From Octopus bimaculoides (taxonomy: Eukaryota): a stretch of 64,000 nt of DNA. Below the pieces are notes generated by a model that was given only the letters and a program-made list of their open reading frames with translations, ran no database searches and had not been told where the DNA came from. Location: NCBI RefSeq assembly GCF_001194135.2, contig NC_068992.1, forward strand, positions 16,399,960 to 16,463,959. Reading direction: 5' to 3'. A program made the position numbers and the translations under genes. Every line of letters begins with the position of its first letter. Within the stretch, counting starts at the first letter, position 1. Shown in pieces: positions 38,413 to 49,939 of this stretch.

Positions 38413-38618
38413 TCCAGTTTGCTATCGACACACTGTGTCTGTATAGTGTTTGCGACTGGGGAATGCTTTCATCAACAGGCAGTGACATTCTCACACTGAG
38501 GACGGGTAACCACCTAGAAACCATGCTCTGTGAGTGTCACGTAAGGTTCCAGATGGGAGCAATAACCTCCCTTGCAAACACCATAAGGACACAGACTGTG
38601 TGTCGATAGCCAGCTGGA
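38413..38618. mobile_element. ~205-bp fold-back element with ~44-bp imperfect inverted arms enclosing a hammerhead motif
   Basis: Left arm TCCAGTTTGCTATCGACACAC-TGTGTCTGTATAGTGTTTGCGA (38413-38455). The reverse complement of the right arm (38572-38618) is TCCAGCTGGCTATCGACACACAGTCTGTGTCCTTATGGTGTTTGCAA. Confidence 0.75.
38482..38540 (+). ncRNA. Degenerate minimal type I hammerhead ribozyme motif
   Basis: Stem I GTGACA(TT)CTCACA pairs with TGTGAGTGTCAC (12 bp, 2-nt bulge). Core CTGAGGA at 38496-38502, stem II GGGT-AACC-ACCT, GAAA at 38517-38520, stem III ACCATG(C)T, cleavage triplet CTC at 38526-38528. Confidence 0.68.
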
Positions 38619-39289
38619 AAAGATTATTCCTGGTGCTTAAACAACAGTAACATCGTACTGTAGAGGACCGCCACATTCTGTTGGTAAATAAACTTTACTA
38701 TTCGGTAATGTTACTGAATATCTCACGCTGAGAGATTTAAAACAAGTTGGTTTTCTGTCTGTCTGTCTGTCTGTCTGTCTGTNNNNNNNNNNNNNNNNNN
38801 NNNNNNNNNNNNNNNNNNNNNNNNNNNNNNNNNNNNNNNNNNNNNNNNNNNNNNNNNNNNNNNNNNNNNNNNNNNNNNNNNNNNNNNNNNNNNNNNNNNN
38901 NNNNNNNNNNNNNNNNNNNNNNNNNNNNNNNNNNNNNNNNNNNNNNNNNNNNNNNNNNNNNNNNNNNNNNNNNNNNNNNNNNNNNNNNNNNNNNNNNNNN
39001 NNNNNNNNNNNNNNNNNNNNNNNNNNNNNNNNNNNNNNNNNNNNNNNNNNNNNNNNNNNNNNNNNNNNNNNNNNNNNNNNNNNNNNNNNNNNNNNNNNNN
39101 NNNNNNNNNNNNNNNNNNNNNNNNNNNNNNNNNNNNNNNNNNNNNNNNNNNNNNNNNNNNNNNNNNNNNNNNNNNNNNNNNNNNNNNNNNNNNNNNNNNN
39201 NNNNNNNNNNNNNNNNNNNNNNNNNNNNNNNNNNNNNNNNNNNNNNNNNNNNNNNNNNNNNNTTTGTATATATATGTGTGTATGCTCCG

Positions 39290-39440
39290 ATTTGTCCCAC
39301 TTCAAGCGATTCGACAAAAGTGAATAAAGGGTAATTCTAAGGCTTAAGAAAATGTAAGTTCTGGAGTCCATTCATTTCACTAAAATTCTTCAAAGCGGTG
39401 CTCCAGTATGGTCGCTAAGAAATGATTGAAATAAGTACCA
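39290..39440 (+). mobile_element. SINE B-related 3' segment
   Basis: GCGGTGCTCCAGTATGGTCGC..AAATGATTGAAATAAG matches the family B tail. Confidence 0.55.
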
Positions 39441-40173
39441 GTGACAAAAAACATGTGTCTGTGTGTATGTGTGTGTGCGCGTGTGCGTGGGTGTGTGTTA
39501 AATATTTTGTACATACTTGAACTGAACTGCAGAATCAAATATTACCCGAGAGATTTCAAAATCTCGGTCTATATATGTAAGAAATCGAATGGACATAGAG
39601 AAAAAGTTATATGAGACAGCGAATATAAACTTTAGAATTATTACGTTTGAACGCTATCAATAAGTACATAAATTTCATACTATGCCGAATATAAATGTGA
39701 ATGCTTAACATACAAGACACATATTTCAATTTATATAACCTGAAATATTTAGGTTGGAAATGGAAACGAACAATTCTTGTAATTGTTTCAATTCAGAAAA
39801 AGAAAAATACAACGTATATAAAACAACGAAGTTTCATATAAAAAATGTATTTCTTTTTTTTCTTTTCTTTTGGTCACATCCTTACATAAAATGTGAATGC
39901 ATTCCTGTAGATTGAATGGTAATAGCGTACAAAGCACTTATGTTTTATGTCCAGTAAGAAGGAACATTTCATAATAGCAATATGTAAATAACATGGAACT
40001 TATATAAAATGCCTCGTAAGCAAACATAAGTGAATTGTTCAGGAAAGATACAGAAAAGTTTGCCAATAACAATAATAATAATGATAATAACAGCAGCAGC
40101 ACCGGCAGCAGCAGCAGTAACAACAAAAGCAACAAAAACAACAACAACAACAACAACAACAATAATAATAATA

Positions 40174-40204
<31 letters not shown>

Positions 40205-40324
40205 AATTTAAATTCATTGGAAGTCTTACCATGTACATTGTTTCATCTTGGAATAAAAGATGGGCTACAGCAAATATTCTGCTCAATACCACAGATTTGC
40301 TTGACAGTTGTTTGACCTTAAAAA

Positions 40325-40730
40325 GGGAAACCTGTAGATTAGATTGAAATAAACACAAATATCAATATCGTCTGGAAAAATTAAATAATATAAGCGGCAG
40401 TCATTGCGGAAAAGTAGCGAAGTAAATATATCATCAGATTTATTCAAAAATAATATCAAGACCCACACAAATGTCTGTGAATCAATAACTGAAAGGTCCT
40501 TTTAAGGAAAGAACAAGATAGCATAGGAGATATATGTAACAAAGAAATAACTAAAATTATAAAAGGGGTCCAAAAAGGGGCTCATATGAAATATAGCATT
40601 CTGAGCTTTTAATTTTAGTTAATGCTTATTTAAGATCTACATTGAGTTATGATTTCCATCTCTCAAGAGAAACTTCGGGTTGACTTTCAACATAACTAAA
40701 ATGAGCTTACTATTTAACCAATCAGACTAT
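40325..40730 (+). mobile_element. Second copy of the Penelope-like GIY-YIG region
   Basis: Clearly alignable by eye with 31935-32350, sharing AAATTAAATAATATAAGCGGCAGTCATTG and TAATGCTTATTTAAGATCTACATTGAGTTATGATTTCCATCT. Both end at AATCAGAC. Confidence 0.6.
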
Positions 40731-41670
40731 TATTCAACCAATTATAATAATAATAAGAACAGTCAGAGAGCGCAAACCTCTGCCAAGGCAACACCAACAT
40801 CCTCTCAATGATTAGCCACAGATGCTTTTTAAAATGAGAATAAATGAAATAAACTTGACTGCTCTCACAAACGAGAATACTGAAAATGAACTCGACCGCT
40901 CTCTCTCTCTCAAAAAAAAAAGGGTCATTATCGCGTGCCGTATCAGAGTCATAATGGGAGACACAAATTATAAAATATTTAAGCTGCAAATCAATGAACA
41001 TTTACAAGAATTGTATTGCTCTATTCTTCCCAGGCAAGTATTAACATGGGAGGTATGTTGAATTTTTTGGGGAAGAGTATCCAAAAGGTGCGACGTATGT
41101 GACATTACCGTAAATGAGTTGGTTCACCTAAAAATATTTACAGCTAATTCTTCTGAATTTCTCCAGAGCAGCACAAGAGATCTTTATGGAGTTTATTCAC
41201 ATTGACCTTGAAATTTCAAAAACTTTTGAGTTGACTTGATAACAAAGTCTGTAGTCACAATTCTCAGTTATTGGCGTGTCATACTGACAAAAATGGGTGT
41301 GACGTAAATGACAATGAATTTCATTCTAAAGCCTTAACGTGAAGAAATTGTCCCAATATCCACATCTGCAACAAAACAAACCATTTCACATATCTTTCCA
41401 GTCATTTATCAGAGCATTCCAAAAATTTTGAGGACTGTTTTGCTTCAGCAGTCAGGAGATTAGCCCGAATAATAGGCTCTGTTTACGCAAGAATTTCGTG
41501 TACGGTTGGTTTTGGAGACTGAATCTGTGTGCTGCTGTACGGAAAGACATATATGTATTTACATTAATGATTTGACTAAAATAATTTACGGAACCAATTC
41601 GTTTGAATTTATTCATATATTTATGTATTGACTTACCTACATTTTACTTTTCACATGCTGGAATATTGCC

Positions 41671-42431
41671 GGATCTAGTTCAAAACGGGGGCACCAGTTT
41701 TCATTTATGTTTTATGCAGTGTTTTTGGTACCGAAAGGCTTTCAAACTTCGTATACTTATCTATTTTGTGTTATAGAAGAGAAAAAAATTTTTGTATTCG
41801 AAGTTATTTCATGTAAAAAATTGTCTTATTTCGATAATTTCAACCAATCACTGACAAGTATTCAGCTGTTTACAGTTACTCCTTTGGCAGTTTAAGCGGT
41901 TCCTTTGGCAATTTAAGCGGTGTAAAGCGTATTTAATCTCCATTACTTCTGACATTTTGCAGAGAGGCAACACACGTGTTCGTTTTCCTTCGTTTTATTT
42001 TTAATATAATTTCGTTAACATCTGCCTGAACTGTATGTGTACAACATTTGCCCTAACTCTAACCCTAACCCTAACCCTAACCCTTCCCTCAAAAACCAGG
42101 CCTTGTGCCTATAATAGAAAGGTTTATCAGCTACTGCCAATATGCTTCAGCCATTTTTTGACAAGGAAATAATAATTTTATCACCGCCAGAATCGTTTAA
42201 GAATCGTTTGTTTACGTAGTCAGCACTTACTGCATTCGGCTGAATGGACGTCAGTCATTGGTTGAAATTACAGAAATACGACAACTTTAACATGAAATAA
42301 GTTGCAATATGATAATTTTTCTTAAGAAGACTAAGAGAAAAAGATGTTTTATATGACACATTCTACCAGTGTCCCAAGTTTCAAAGTGTTTGGTTAGGAA
42401 AATACTGGCGCCCCCGTTTTGAACTAGATCC
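41671..42431. mobile_element. 761-bp MITE, Merlin-like
   Basis: 28-bp TIRs GGATCTAGTTCAAAACGGGGGCACCAGT (41671-41698) and 42404-42431, with 1 mismatch. The 8-bp TSD is ATATTGCC / ATATTACC. 5'-GG termini with an 8-9 bp TSD are typical of Merlin. Confidence 0.8.
42051..42084 (+). repeat. Interstitial telomere-type repeat (CCCTAA)~5
   Basis: CCCTAACTCTAACCCTAACCCTAACCCTAACCCT inside the MITE. Confidence 0.9.
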
Positions 42432-42520
42432 ATATTACCTTCAACAGTTTAGTCGAACAAAACTATATCGTTATATATATTATTAATGTCTGGTATTTAT
42501 CACATCAGTACCTTTTGTCA

Positions 42521-42985
42521 GTGGAGGTGCAATGGCCCAGTTGTTAGGGCAGCGGACTCGCGGTCATAGGATCGCGGTTTCGATTCCCAAACCGGGCATT
42601 GTGAGTGTTTATTGAGCGAAAACACCTAAAGCACCACGAGGCTCCAGCAGGGGATGGTGTCGAATCCTGCTGTACTCTTTCACCACAAATTTCTCTCACT
42701 CTTACTTCCTGTTTCTGTTGTGCCTGTAATTCAAAGGGTCAGCCTTGTCACACTGTGCCATGCTGAATATCTCCGAGAACTACGTTAAGGGTACACGTGT
42801 CTGTGGAGTGCTCAGCCACTTGTAGGTTAATTTCACGAGCAGGCTGTTCCGTTGATCGGATCAACTGGAACCCTTGACGNNNNNNNNNNNNNNNNNNNNN
42901 NNNNNNNNNNNNNNNNNNNNNNNNNNNNNNNNNNNNNNNNNNNNNNNNNNNNNNNNNNNNNNNNNNAAGCGACGGAGTGCCAACC
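42521..42985 (+). mobile_element. SINE family C (tRNA-Arg-like head)
   Basis: A-box-like TGGCCCAGTTGTTAGG, anticodon-like GACTCGCGGTC and B-box-like GGTTTCGATTCC, followed by a ~330-nt body. The 3' end is interrupted by a gap. Confidence 0.75.
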
Positions 42986-44115
42986 TTTTGTCAAACCGCT
43001 AAATTATGGAGAGAGAAAGAAATTAATATTGGGCTGACATTTGGTGGCGGAATGACACGCACAAACACACACACACACGCGCACACACACACACACACAC
43101 ACATACACACACACACACACAGATAGATTGTAACTAATCCAAACAAATGGAGGAATAGAAGTTGATAAGAAGTGGACGAAAACACACAAAGAATTATTGG
43201 AATTAATTGAAATATTTTAAAATATAGGAATACACTTTACCGGTTTTACCTTAGATTTCCAAAGTGTTTTGTATATGGAGCTATGTCGCGAATTATGTCT
43301 ATTCTCGAAATTATTATAAAAATAGTTTGTTTTTAAAGTAAGAGTGTAGCTGAGAATGCTATCCATTAATGCAAAAATTGAATGATCAACGTTCATGTAT
43401 TACGTTCATATGGCTGTCGCATGACGTTACGTAAAAGCTTTCCTCGATTGAATATATCGTATCACAATTAGAAAAGAGAGGCAAGAACAAGTGATATTTT
43501 AATTATTTACATAAAAGACTTATAGATAATTATTGTTTATCAATTAACAACTGATCTTCTGTTCTTTGACACCTTTTTCAGTACCATTTCTGCTTAGCAG
43601 GTAGTAGCCCACTTTACCTACATATCTATACAGCTCACGGACCAAAGGAGCTGATAATAATTTCCTTATTAGTGGAGTATATGTTGTTGGTCGAGCTTTA
43701 TAATCACGTTTTATATATTTCCACTTACGTAACTTTATGAAATTAATTATTTTGCGAAAATAATCAGTAAAATTCAAAATTTTAGGAACCAGCGATATTT
43801 TTCAGAATACTCAAATTGAAATCAAAGCAGACAGAGTAAAATTCTTAATGAACATTTTTACAACATAAATCAATAGAAAGCGAACGGAATGTGGAAACAA
43901 AGTTTGAAACACTTCAAAGCTCCAGAATTAGAGAACGACTCCAATAAAAACACTACAGCAACAACAAAACCAACAACAACAGTAGTAGCAAGAATATCAT
44001 GTAAAATCAGTTCAGAGAATTTCTGTAAGAGCGATATTTTTATGAAAAATTCCACTGATGCAAACGTGAAATATGAAACATCTTCCTATTACGAATGACT
44101 ACTACTACTACTACG

Positions 44116-44185
<70 letters not shown>

Positions 44186-44311
44186 TTACTGATGCTCTGG
44201 TGCTGCGACAGCGGCGGTGATTGATGTTGCCACTACTATTGGAATACGCACATAGCACACTATAGGTTTGTGCATACGGATATATACATACATACATCCA
44301 TCCATCCATAC

Positions 44312-44346
<35 letters not shown>

Positions 44347-44986
44347 NNNNNNNNNNNNNNNNNNNNNNNNNNNNNNNNNNNNNNNNNNNNNNNNNNNNNN
44401 NNNNNNNNNNNNNNNNNNNNNNNNNNNNNNNNNNNNNNNNNNNNNNNNNNNNNNNNNNNNNNNNNNNNNNNNNNNNNNNNNNNNNNNNNNNNNNNNNNNN
44501 NNNNNNNNNNNNNNNNNNNNNNNNNNNNNNNNNNNNNNNNNNNNNNNNNNNNNNNNNNNNNNNNNNNNNNNNNNNNNNNNNNNNNNNNNNNNNNNNNNNN
44601 NNNNNNNNNNNNNNNNNNNNNNNNNNNNNNNNNNNNNNNNNNNNNNNNNNNNNNNNNNNNNNNNNNNNNNNNNNNNNNNNNNNNNNNNNNNNNNNNNNNN
44701 NNNNNNNNNNNNNNNNNNNNNNNNNNNNNNNNNNNNNNNNNNNNNNNNNNNNNNNNNNNNNNNNNNNNNNNNNNNNNNNNNNNNNNNNNNNNNNNNNNNN
44801 NNNNNNNNNNNNNNNNNNNNNNNNNNNNNNNNNNNNNNNNNNNNNNNNNNNNNNNNNNNNNNNNNNNNNNNNNNNNNNNNNNNNNNNNNNNNNNNNNNNN
44901 NNNNNNNNNNNNNNNNNNNNNNNNNNNNNNNNNNNNNNNNNNNNNNNNNNNNNNNNNNNNNNNNNNNNNNNNNNNNNNNNNNNNNN

Positions 44987-45024
<38 letters not shown>

Positions 45025-45509
45025 CTATACACACGTCAACCTGTTCGTGCACAAAGACACCCAAGGCAGACACTCGTATATACTCAATCGCTCACAGCCA
45101 CGTGTGTCTATGGTTATGTGTATATCTGTGGAAGCGATCATATTTGCACGTTTATGTATGTATATTAGAATGTACGTATGTAAGCCTTCATATATGTATG
45201 TATGATTGCTTTTTATGGTGAGAATAAATCCTGGAGTTTATAAAAGAAGGTAAATAGCAGGTTCTAATGTGTGCAGATATCTTCATGGCTAAAAGGAAGT
45301 TATTTAAATGGAATTTAATTGTGTTATTGACTTTCGACTTACGTAGCTTAGTTTTTATGTATTCCATACAATCGACATTGACGTGTTAGGGATTATAAGG
45401 ATACATACGTATATGTATATGCCCTTATATATATATATATATATACATACAGATAGATAGTTAGATGTATATATACAGATATATAAATATATATATAAAT
45501 ATATATACG

Positions 45510-45558
<49 letters not shown>

Positions 45559-45909
45559 TATATCCCCACACACACACACACGAACGCATATATTTATATA
45601 TATGTGTATGTATGTATTTATGTATGTACATTTGGGAAGCATCAGGAAATATTCCATAACGTTTATGATGCTGAGGAATGTCATTGTACAAAACACTCGG
45701 TATATCAAAAGTAGAAATCTTCTACTTTTACGCAATAAATTCTGTTACTTAAGTTTGAATCACTAAGAATTTACAAGCGACTGAATTATTCCTGACGGCC
45801 TCTCTTTTGTAGGTTTTGGTTTGTAAATTTCCTTGATGGTTTCTGGATTCATTGGTTGCTCTGGCAATTACTAAACCTATATTAATCCTTTGTACAATAC
45901 ACCCGACGC

Positions 45910-46110
45910 TAGAAAGTTATTGGTAGAGGGCTAGGAATGCATCAATTACATCGACCCCGATTGCAATCTTCGTTAGTTTCATCGACTAACACCCCCTTCA
46001 GAGCCACTCTAAAATTTGAAAGGCAAATTTGACACCGACGGAATTTGAACTCCGAACGTATAGACAGTGGTATCATGCTAAAGACTTTGTGCAGAGTGCT
46101 AACGATGTTG
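45910..46110 (-). mobile_element. Old SINE A copy
   Basis: ATTACATCGACCCC..GACACCGACGGAATTTGAACTCCGAACGTA..GTGCTAACG. Confidence 0.65.
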
Positions 46111-46642
46111 CTTCATCGCTGCCATATGTAGTTTGGTTATATATATATATAACATCTTTTGTTGTGTTCAGTTCTATCGGGCCCCACACCAAACATGCGG
46201 TTAACACTTCTTCCCGCCTGGCATTCCACCAACAACTCCCGCTCATATATTTCTCATAGGCAGGTTACCGTTTTTTGAAGTCTTTTCGATTTCACTAATC
46301 GCAAAATATTTCTAGTTTTCTTTTAATTGAAACCTCCTTTTGTAAGAGACTAAGTGAAGTTGATGGAGCATTTGATAAATGCTCTAGATGTGTCTCACCG
46401 GAATAATTCTTAGGTTTCGATTGTTAATAATTTCTTAATATACCACTTAAGATTTAACATTTTTCGCATTATTTCCTTATCTTCGTAATTAAAATCGTAT
46501 TATTGAATTAAAAATCATTATACGTGCGCTAAGATTTAGGGACAAGTTAATGAAATTATAGCACCATTTATCTATATATATATATGTGTGTATACACACA
46601 CAGACATATATATCTCTCTCTATATATATAAATCCATATATA

Positions 46643-46679
<37 letters not shown>

Positions 46680-46818
46680 NNNNNNNNNNNNNNNNNNNNN
46701 NNNNNNNNNNNNNNNNNNNNNNNNNNNNNNNNNNNNNNNNNNNNNNNNNNNNNNNNNNNNNNNNNNNNNNNNNNGAGAGAGAGAGAGATAGATAGATAGA
46801 TAGATAGATCGATCGATC

Positions 46819-46860
<42 letters not shown>

Positions 46861-47329
46861 GTGTGTATATATACATATCACTTGCGCATGCTGGCGGAAT
46901 GAAAGTAATGAAAATACTCCTTTGAATGTACCTGAATAACAAAGCTTGTTTAAAACTATTTAATTCTTACAAGAAATTTAATACAGTTTCAAAGGTAAGT
47001 CATCAACCTTGTAAACGTTAGACTCATAAACAAAAGAAGCAAAACATATTTGAAAATAAAACTCAGATGTCTAATAATAAGTGAAATATATATTAAATCT
47101 ACTTCAGGTCTCCATATTTATAGCGTTCGGAGCTTATTGAGCATATTGATATTTTTCAACCTTTGTTTTAACTGCCACAGTTCGCTTTCGTAACAATAGT
47201 GTGGAGTGTTAGATTCATATTTTTAGTTATGCGATATATATGAAGAAAAAGGTAGAAATCACAGCCATGCTTTGCATATTACTGTAAATTTGCAATTGCT
47301 AAATACAGCATTAACAAAGAAAGCTCTCA

Positions 47330-47620
47330 GGGCCAGGCCTAAAATTACTTGTGGATAACTTTTGGAGGCATGGAGATATCTATCGTCAAAAGGTTTTCCT
47401 GTGTAATATATATGCACAGATAACTTTCTTATCTGATAATAAGTAACAATTAACAATTTTTAATCAAAAGGAAATAACTGGAAGTTGGCGATAAGGAGTT
47501 TGTTTCTTTAATGATATAGAAATTCCTCTCATAGCTTCATATTCCTGCAAATGCAAAGATTTTTGCTTTGAAGCCAATTAAGCGCGATAAACTCTATGTT
47601 GTTCCCGAGCGTACTTCGTA
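47330..47620 (-). mobile_element. Decayed Penelope-like RT thumb fragment
   Basis: LSVHIYYTGKPFDDRYLHASKSYPQVILGLALRA resembles the PLE T.VYRKPT.TDRYLH..S.HP...GI..RA segment. Confidence 0.45.
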
Positions 47621-48234
47621 ATAATTGAAGCAATGTTAACAAAAGTCACTGCAAAAAAAGAGATGGCGCTGATATCAGGCAGAGAAGATGAAAGAAATTG
47701 CCTTGGACAGCGTTTTGTCTGGAGATTTATAAATACACGAGCAGAACAGAAAAGAAGGGAAGCAGATACAATGAAATGAATTGTGGCTATTGAAAAGTGA
47801 GTGTGTATATCTGAAATATAAATTGAAATATCATAAAAAAACAGTGAAAGAAAATAGAATTATAAGGAAAATTATTTGGATTACAAAAGACTTCAACTTT
47901 TTAAAAAATGAGATTTAAAAGATTAAAATAACAAAGGAAGACAAAAAGTAGGGATCTGTATTCGAGACAGTATGGGGAATTTATGATATGCTTAATTAAA
48001 CATTATACTTAGTTGTGGAAGGGCGAAACAATTGAAAGCTATAAATAAAAGTGTAATGAATATCAACACAATCAATGTATGAAATATAGGAAAATATGAA
48101 ACATAATGATATTTATTAGCCATCCATTCAGCACATTTCGTGTTCCACTCTGTGGTAATGTTAAACCTAATGATATTATACCTTGATTTGTAGACTTGTA
48201 TCGGAGATCCTAATGTGATTTTTCTCTTTCGCAG

Positions 48235-48257
48235 CTATTCACACGTTCGAACTGTGC
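48235..48257 (+). CDS. Candidate 23-nt micro-exon (phase 1-0, IHTFELC)
   Basis: Branch-like CCTAAT, acceptor GATTTTTCTCTTTCGCAG and donor GC|GTAAGT. Confidence 0.45.
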
Positions 48258-48311
48258 GTAAGTAGAAACAATTTGAGTAGGAAGTATAAAGACGTCATTA
48301 TATAATGCTAC

Positions 48312-48536
48312 CAAGGTGGCTACCTGGCAGAACCGTTAGCACGCCGGGCGAAATACTTATCGATATTTCGTCGGTCTTTACGTTCTGAGTTCAAATTCCG
48401 CCGAGGTCGACTTTGCCTTTCATCCTTTCGGGGATGATACATTCAATACCAGCTGCGTACTGGATTTCGATCTAATCGACTAGCCCCCCCCAAAAAAAAA
48501 TTTGGTGGGCCTTGTGCCTTGAGTAGAAAAGAATGA
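48312..48536 (+). mobile_element. SINE family A, full length with TSD
   Basis: Clear head, B-box GAGTTCAAATTCC, core and tail. Flanked by TATAATGCTAC (48301-48311) and TATAATGGTAC (48537-48547). Confidence 0.92.
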
Positions 48537-48735
48537 TATAATGGTACTTGCCGAGAAATTTTTTTTCTTTGCTCTCACTGTTCTCCTGTGTAATTCTTTA
48601 CTGAATCCACGATGTGGCATTTTTTCTTAGGCTTCCATTTTACCTCAGGAACAATTGCATGTTATTCCTCTCGAACCCATAACAGCTCGACACGTTGTTA
48701 TGGATCTAGGTACAAATCTACAACTTCATTTACAG

Positions 48736-48776
48736 GAAGCACTTGAAAACTCGACTTTCGTATCACAGGAGCTACA
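48736..48776 (+). CDS. Candidate 41-nt exon (phase 0-2, EALENSTFVSQEL)
   Basis: Acceptor CAACTTCATTTACAG and donor CA|GTAAGT. Its phase is compatible with 48235-48257. Confidence 0.3.
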
Positions 48777-49299
48777 GTAAGTCCTTCATCGTTTAGGAGT
48801 GAATCATATTTTATCGACAATACTGAACGAATAACAAAGTTGATTACGTTGCTATTTAAACCTAGAATATAAAGTGTCGTTAAGAAATACTGCGAAGATT
48901 TCTTTCGTTATCTTCCCAGCTTTCCATCTAATACCGCATACAATGAATAAATACCAAAACAGAATAACGGCTGCAAAAACTAAGAATCCCAGGGAGAAAG
49001 CTTCGTCAAAGGGGATGGAGAGATAAATTAAGAATGTCTTAAAGGTCACCAGAAAACAAATACGAAACGTAAGAAGTAGGGGTAATTGTATAATGAGAAA
49101 ACAAGGTAATGATAGCAGGGGTTTATTGAAATATCAATAATATCAGAGAGATATAATATTAGTTTATACGGAGACAGAATAAGGAAAGGATTTGAAAAGT
49201 ATATTTGTAAAAAAATGCAAAAAATATATGCAAAATTTACAAATAGATGAAGAAAAAAGATATAAAAACATATCTGAAGAAGAAATGGAGTAAAATTTC

Positions 49300-49500
49300 T
49301 TTGTAAAATTTGTCCAAGGTTAGCAATTTTTAGGGGAAGGGCGAGTCGAGTACATCGACTCCATGACTTGACTAGTAATTATTTTATCAAACCTCTAAAG
49401 GATAAACAGCAAAGTCGACCCTGGTAGAGTTTGAACTCAGATCGTAATGAGTCATAGAAATACTGCAAGGTTTTCTTTTCCCCGTTACTCTACCATAATG
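49300..49500 (-). mobile_element. Old SINE A copy
   Basis: GTACATCGACTCC..AAAGTCGACCCTGGTAGAGTTTGAACTCAGATCGTAA. Confidence 0.7.
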
Positions 49501-49821
49501 AAGTAATAATGAGTGGAAACGTGCGAAAGAAAAAATATAATAAGATAAATAAACAAATATGAAAGAAATAGGAAGTAACAACACAGAAAGGAAAGTGTTA
49601 GAGAATAATATTGGAAACGAAGGATAAGATAGGGACTGTATGAAATATTAATGACTGTAGTGTTAGAACAGGGTTGGTGAACCGTGGTAAATTAACCCAA
49701 GTGGTGTAAAAATGAAATTCGTGAGGTTAATGACTCATTACACGTAAGTAAAATTATATAAAAAAAAATTATTTACATTATTTACAATTCATGGATATTT
49801 GTCCTCAGCTTCTTTGTTGTT

Positions 49822-49863
49822 AACACAACGTTTCGGCTGTAACACCCTCCAGCCTTCATCAGG
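49822..49863 (-). ncRNA. Minimal type I hammerhead motif with intact core but broken stem I
   Basis: The minus strand reads CTGATGA-A-GGCTG-GAGGGTGTTA-CAGCC-GAAA-CG-TT-GTGTT. Confidence 0.7.
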
Positions 49864-49893
49864 AATGTGAACACAGGTTCGAAATTTCCCCAA

Positions 49894-49939
49894 GACACCT
49901 GATTAAGGCTGTAGGGTATATCAGCCGAAACGTTATGCT
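49894..49939 (+). ncRNA. Minimal type I hammerhead motif with G8>U core substitution
   Basis: GACAC-CTGATTA-A-GGCTG-TAGGGTATAT-CAGCC-GAAA-CG-TT-ATGCT. Confidence 0.6.

Noticed and set aside
42521-42600. tRNA genes at SINE heads (also 59450-59523, 1373-1445 and the SINE A heads)
   Set aside because: A and B boxes are present, but the acceptor stems do not close and the sequence continues into SINE bodies.
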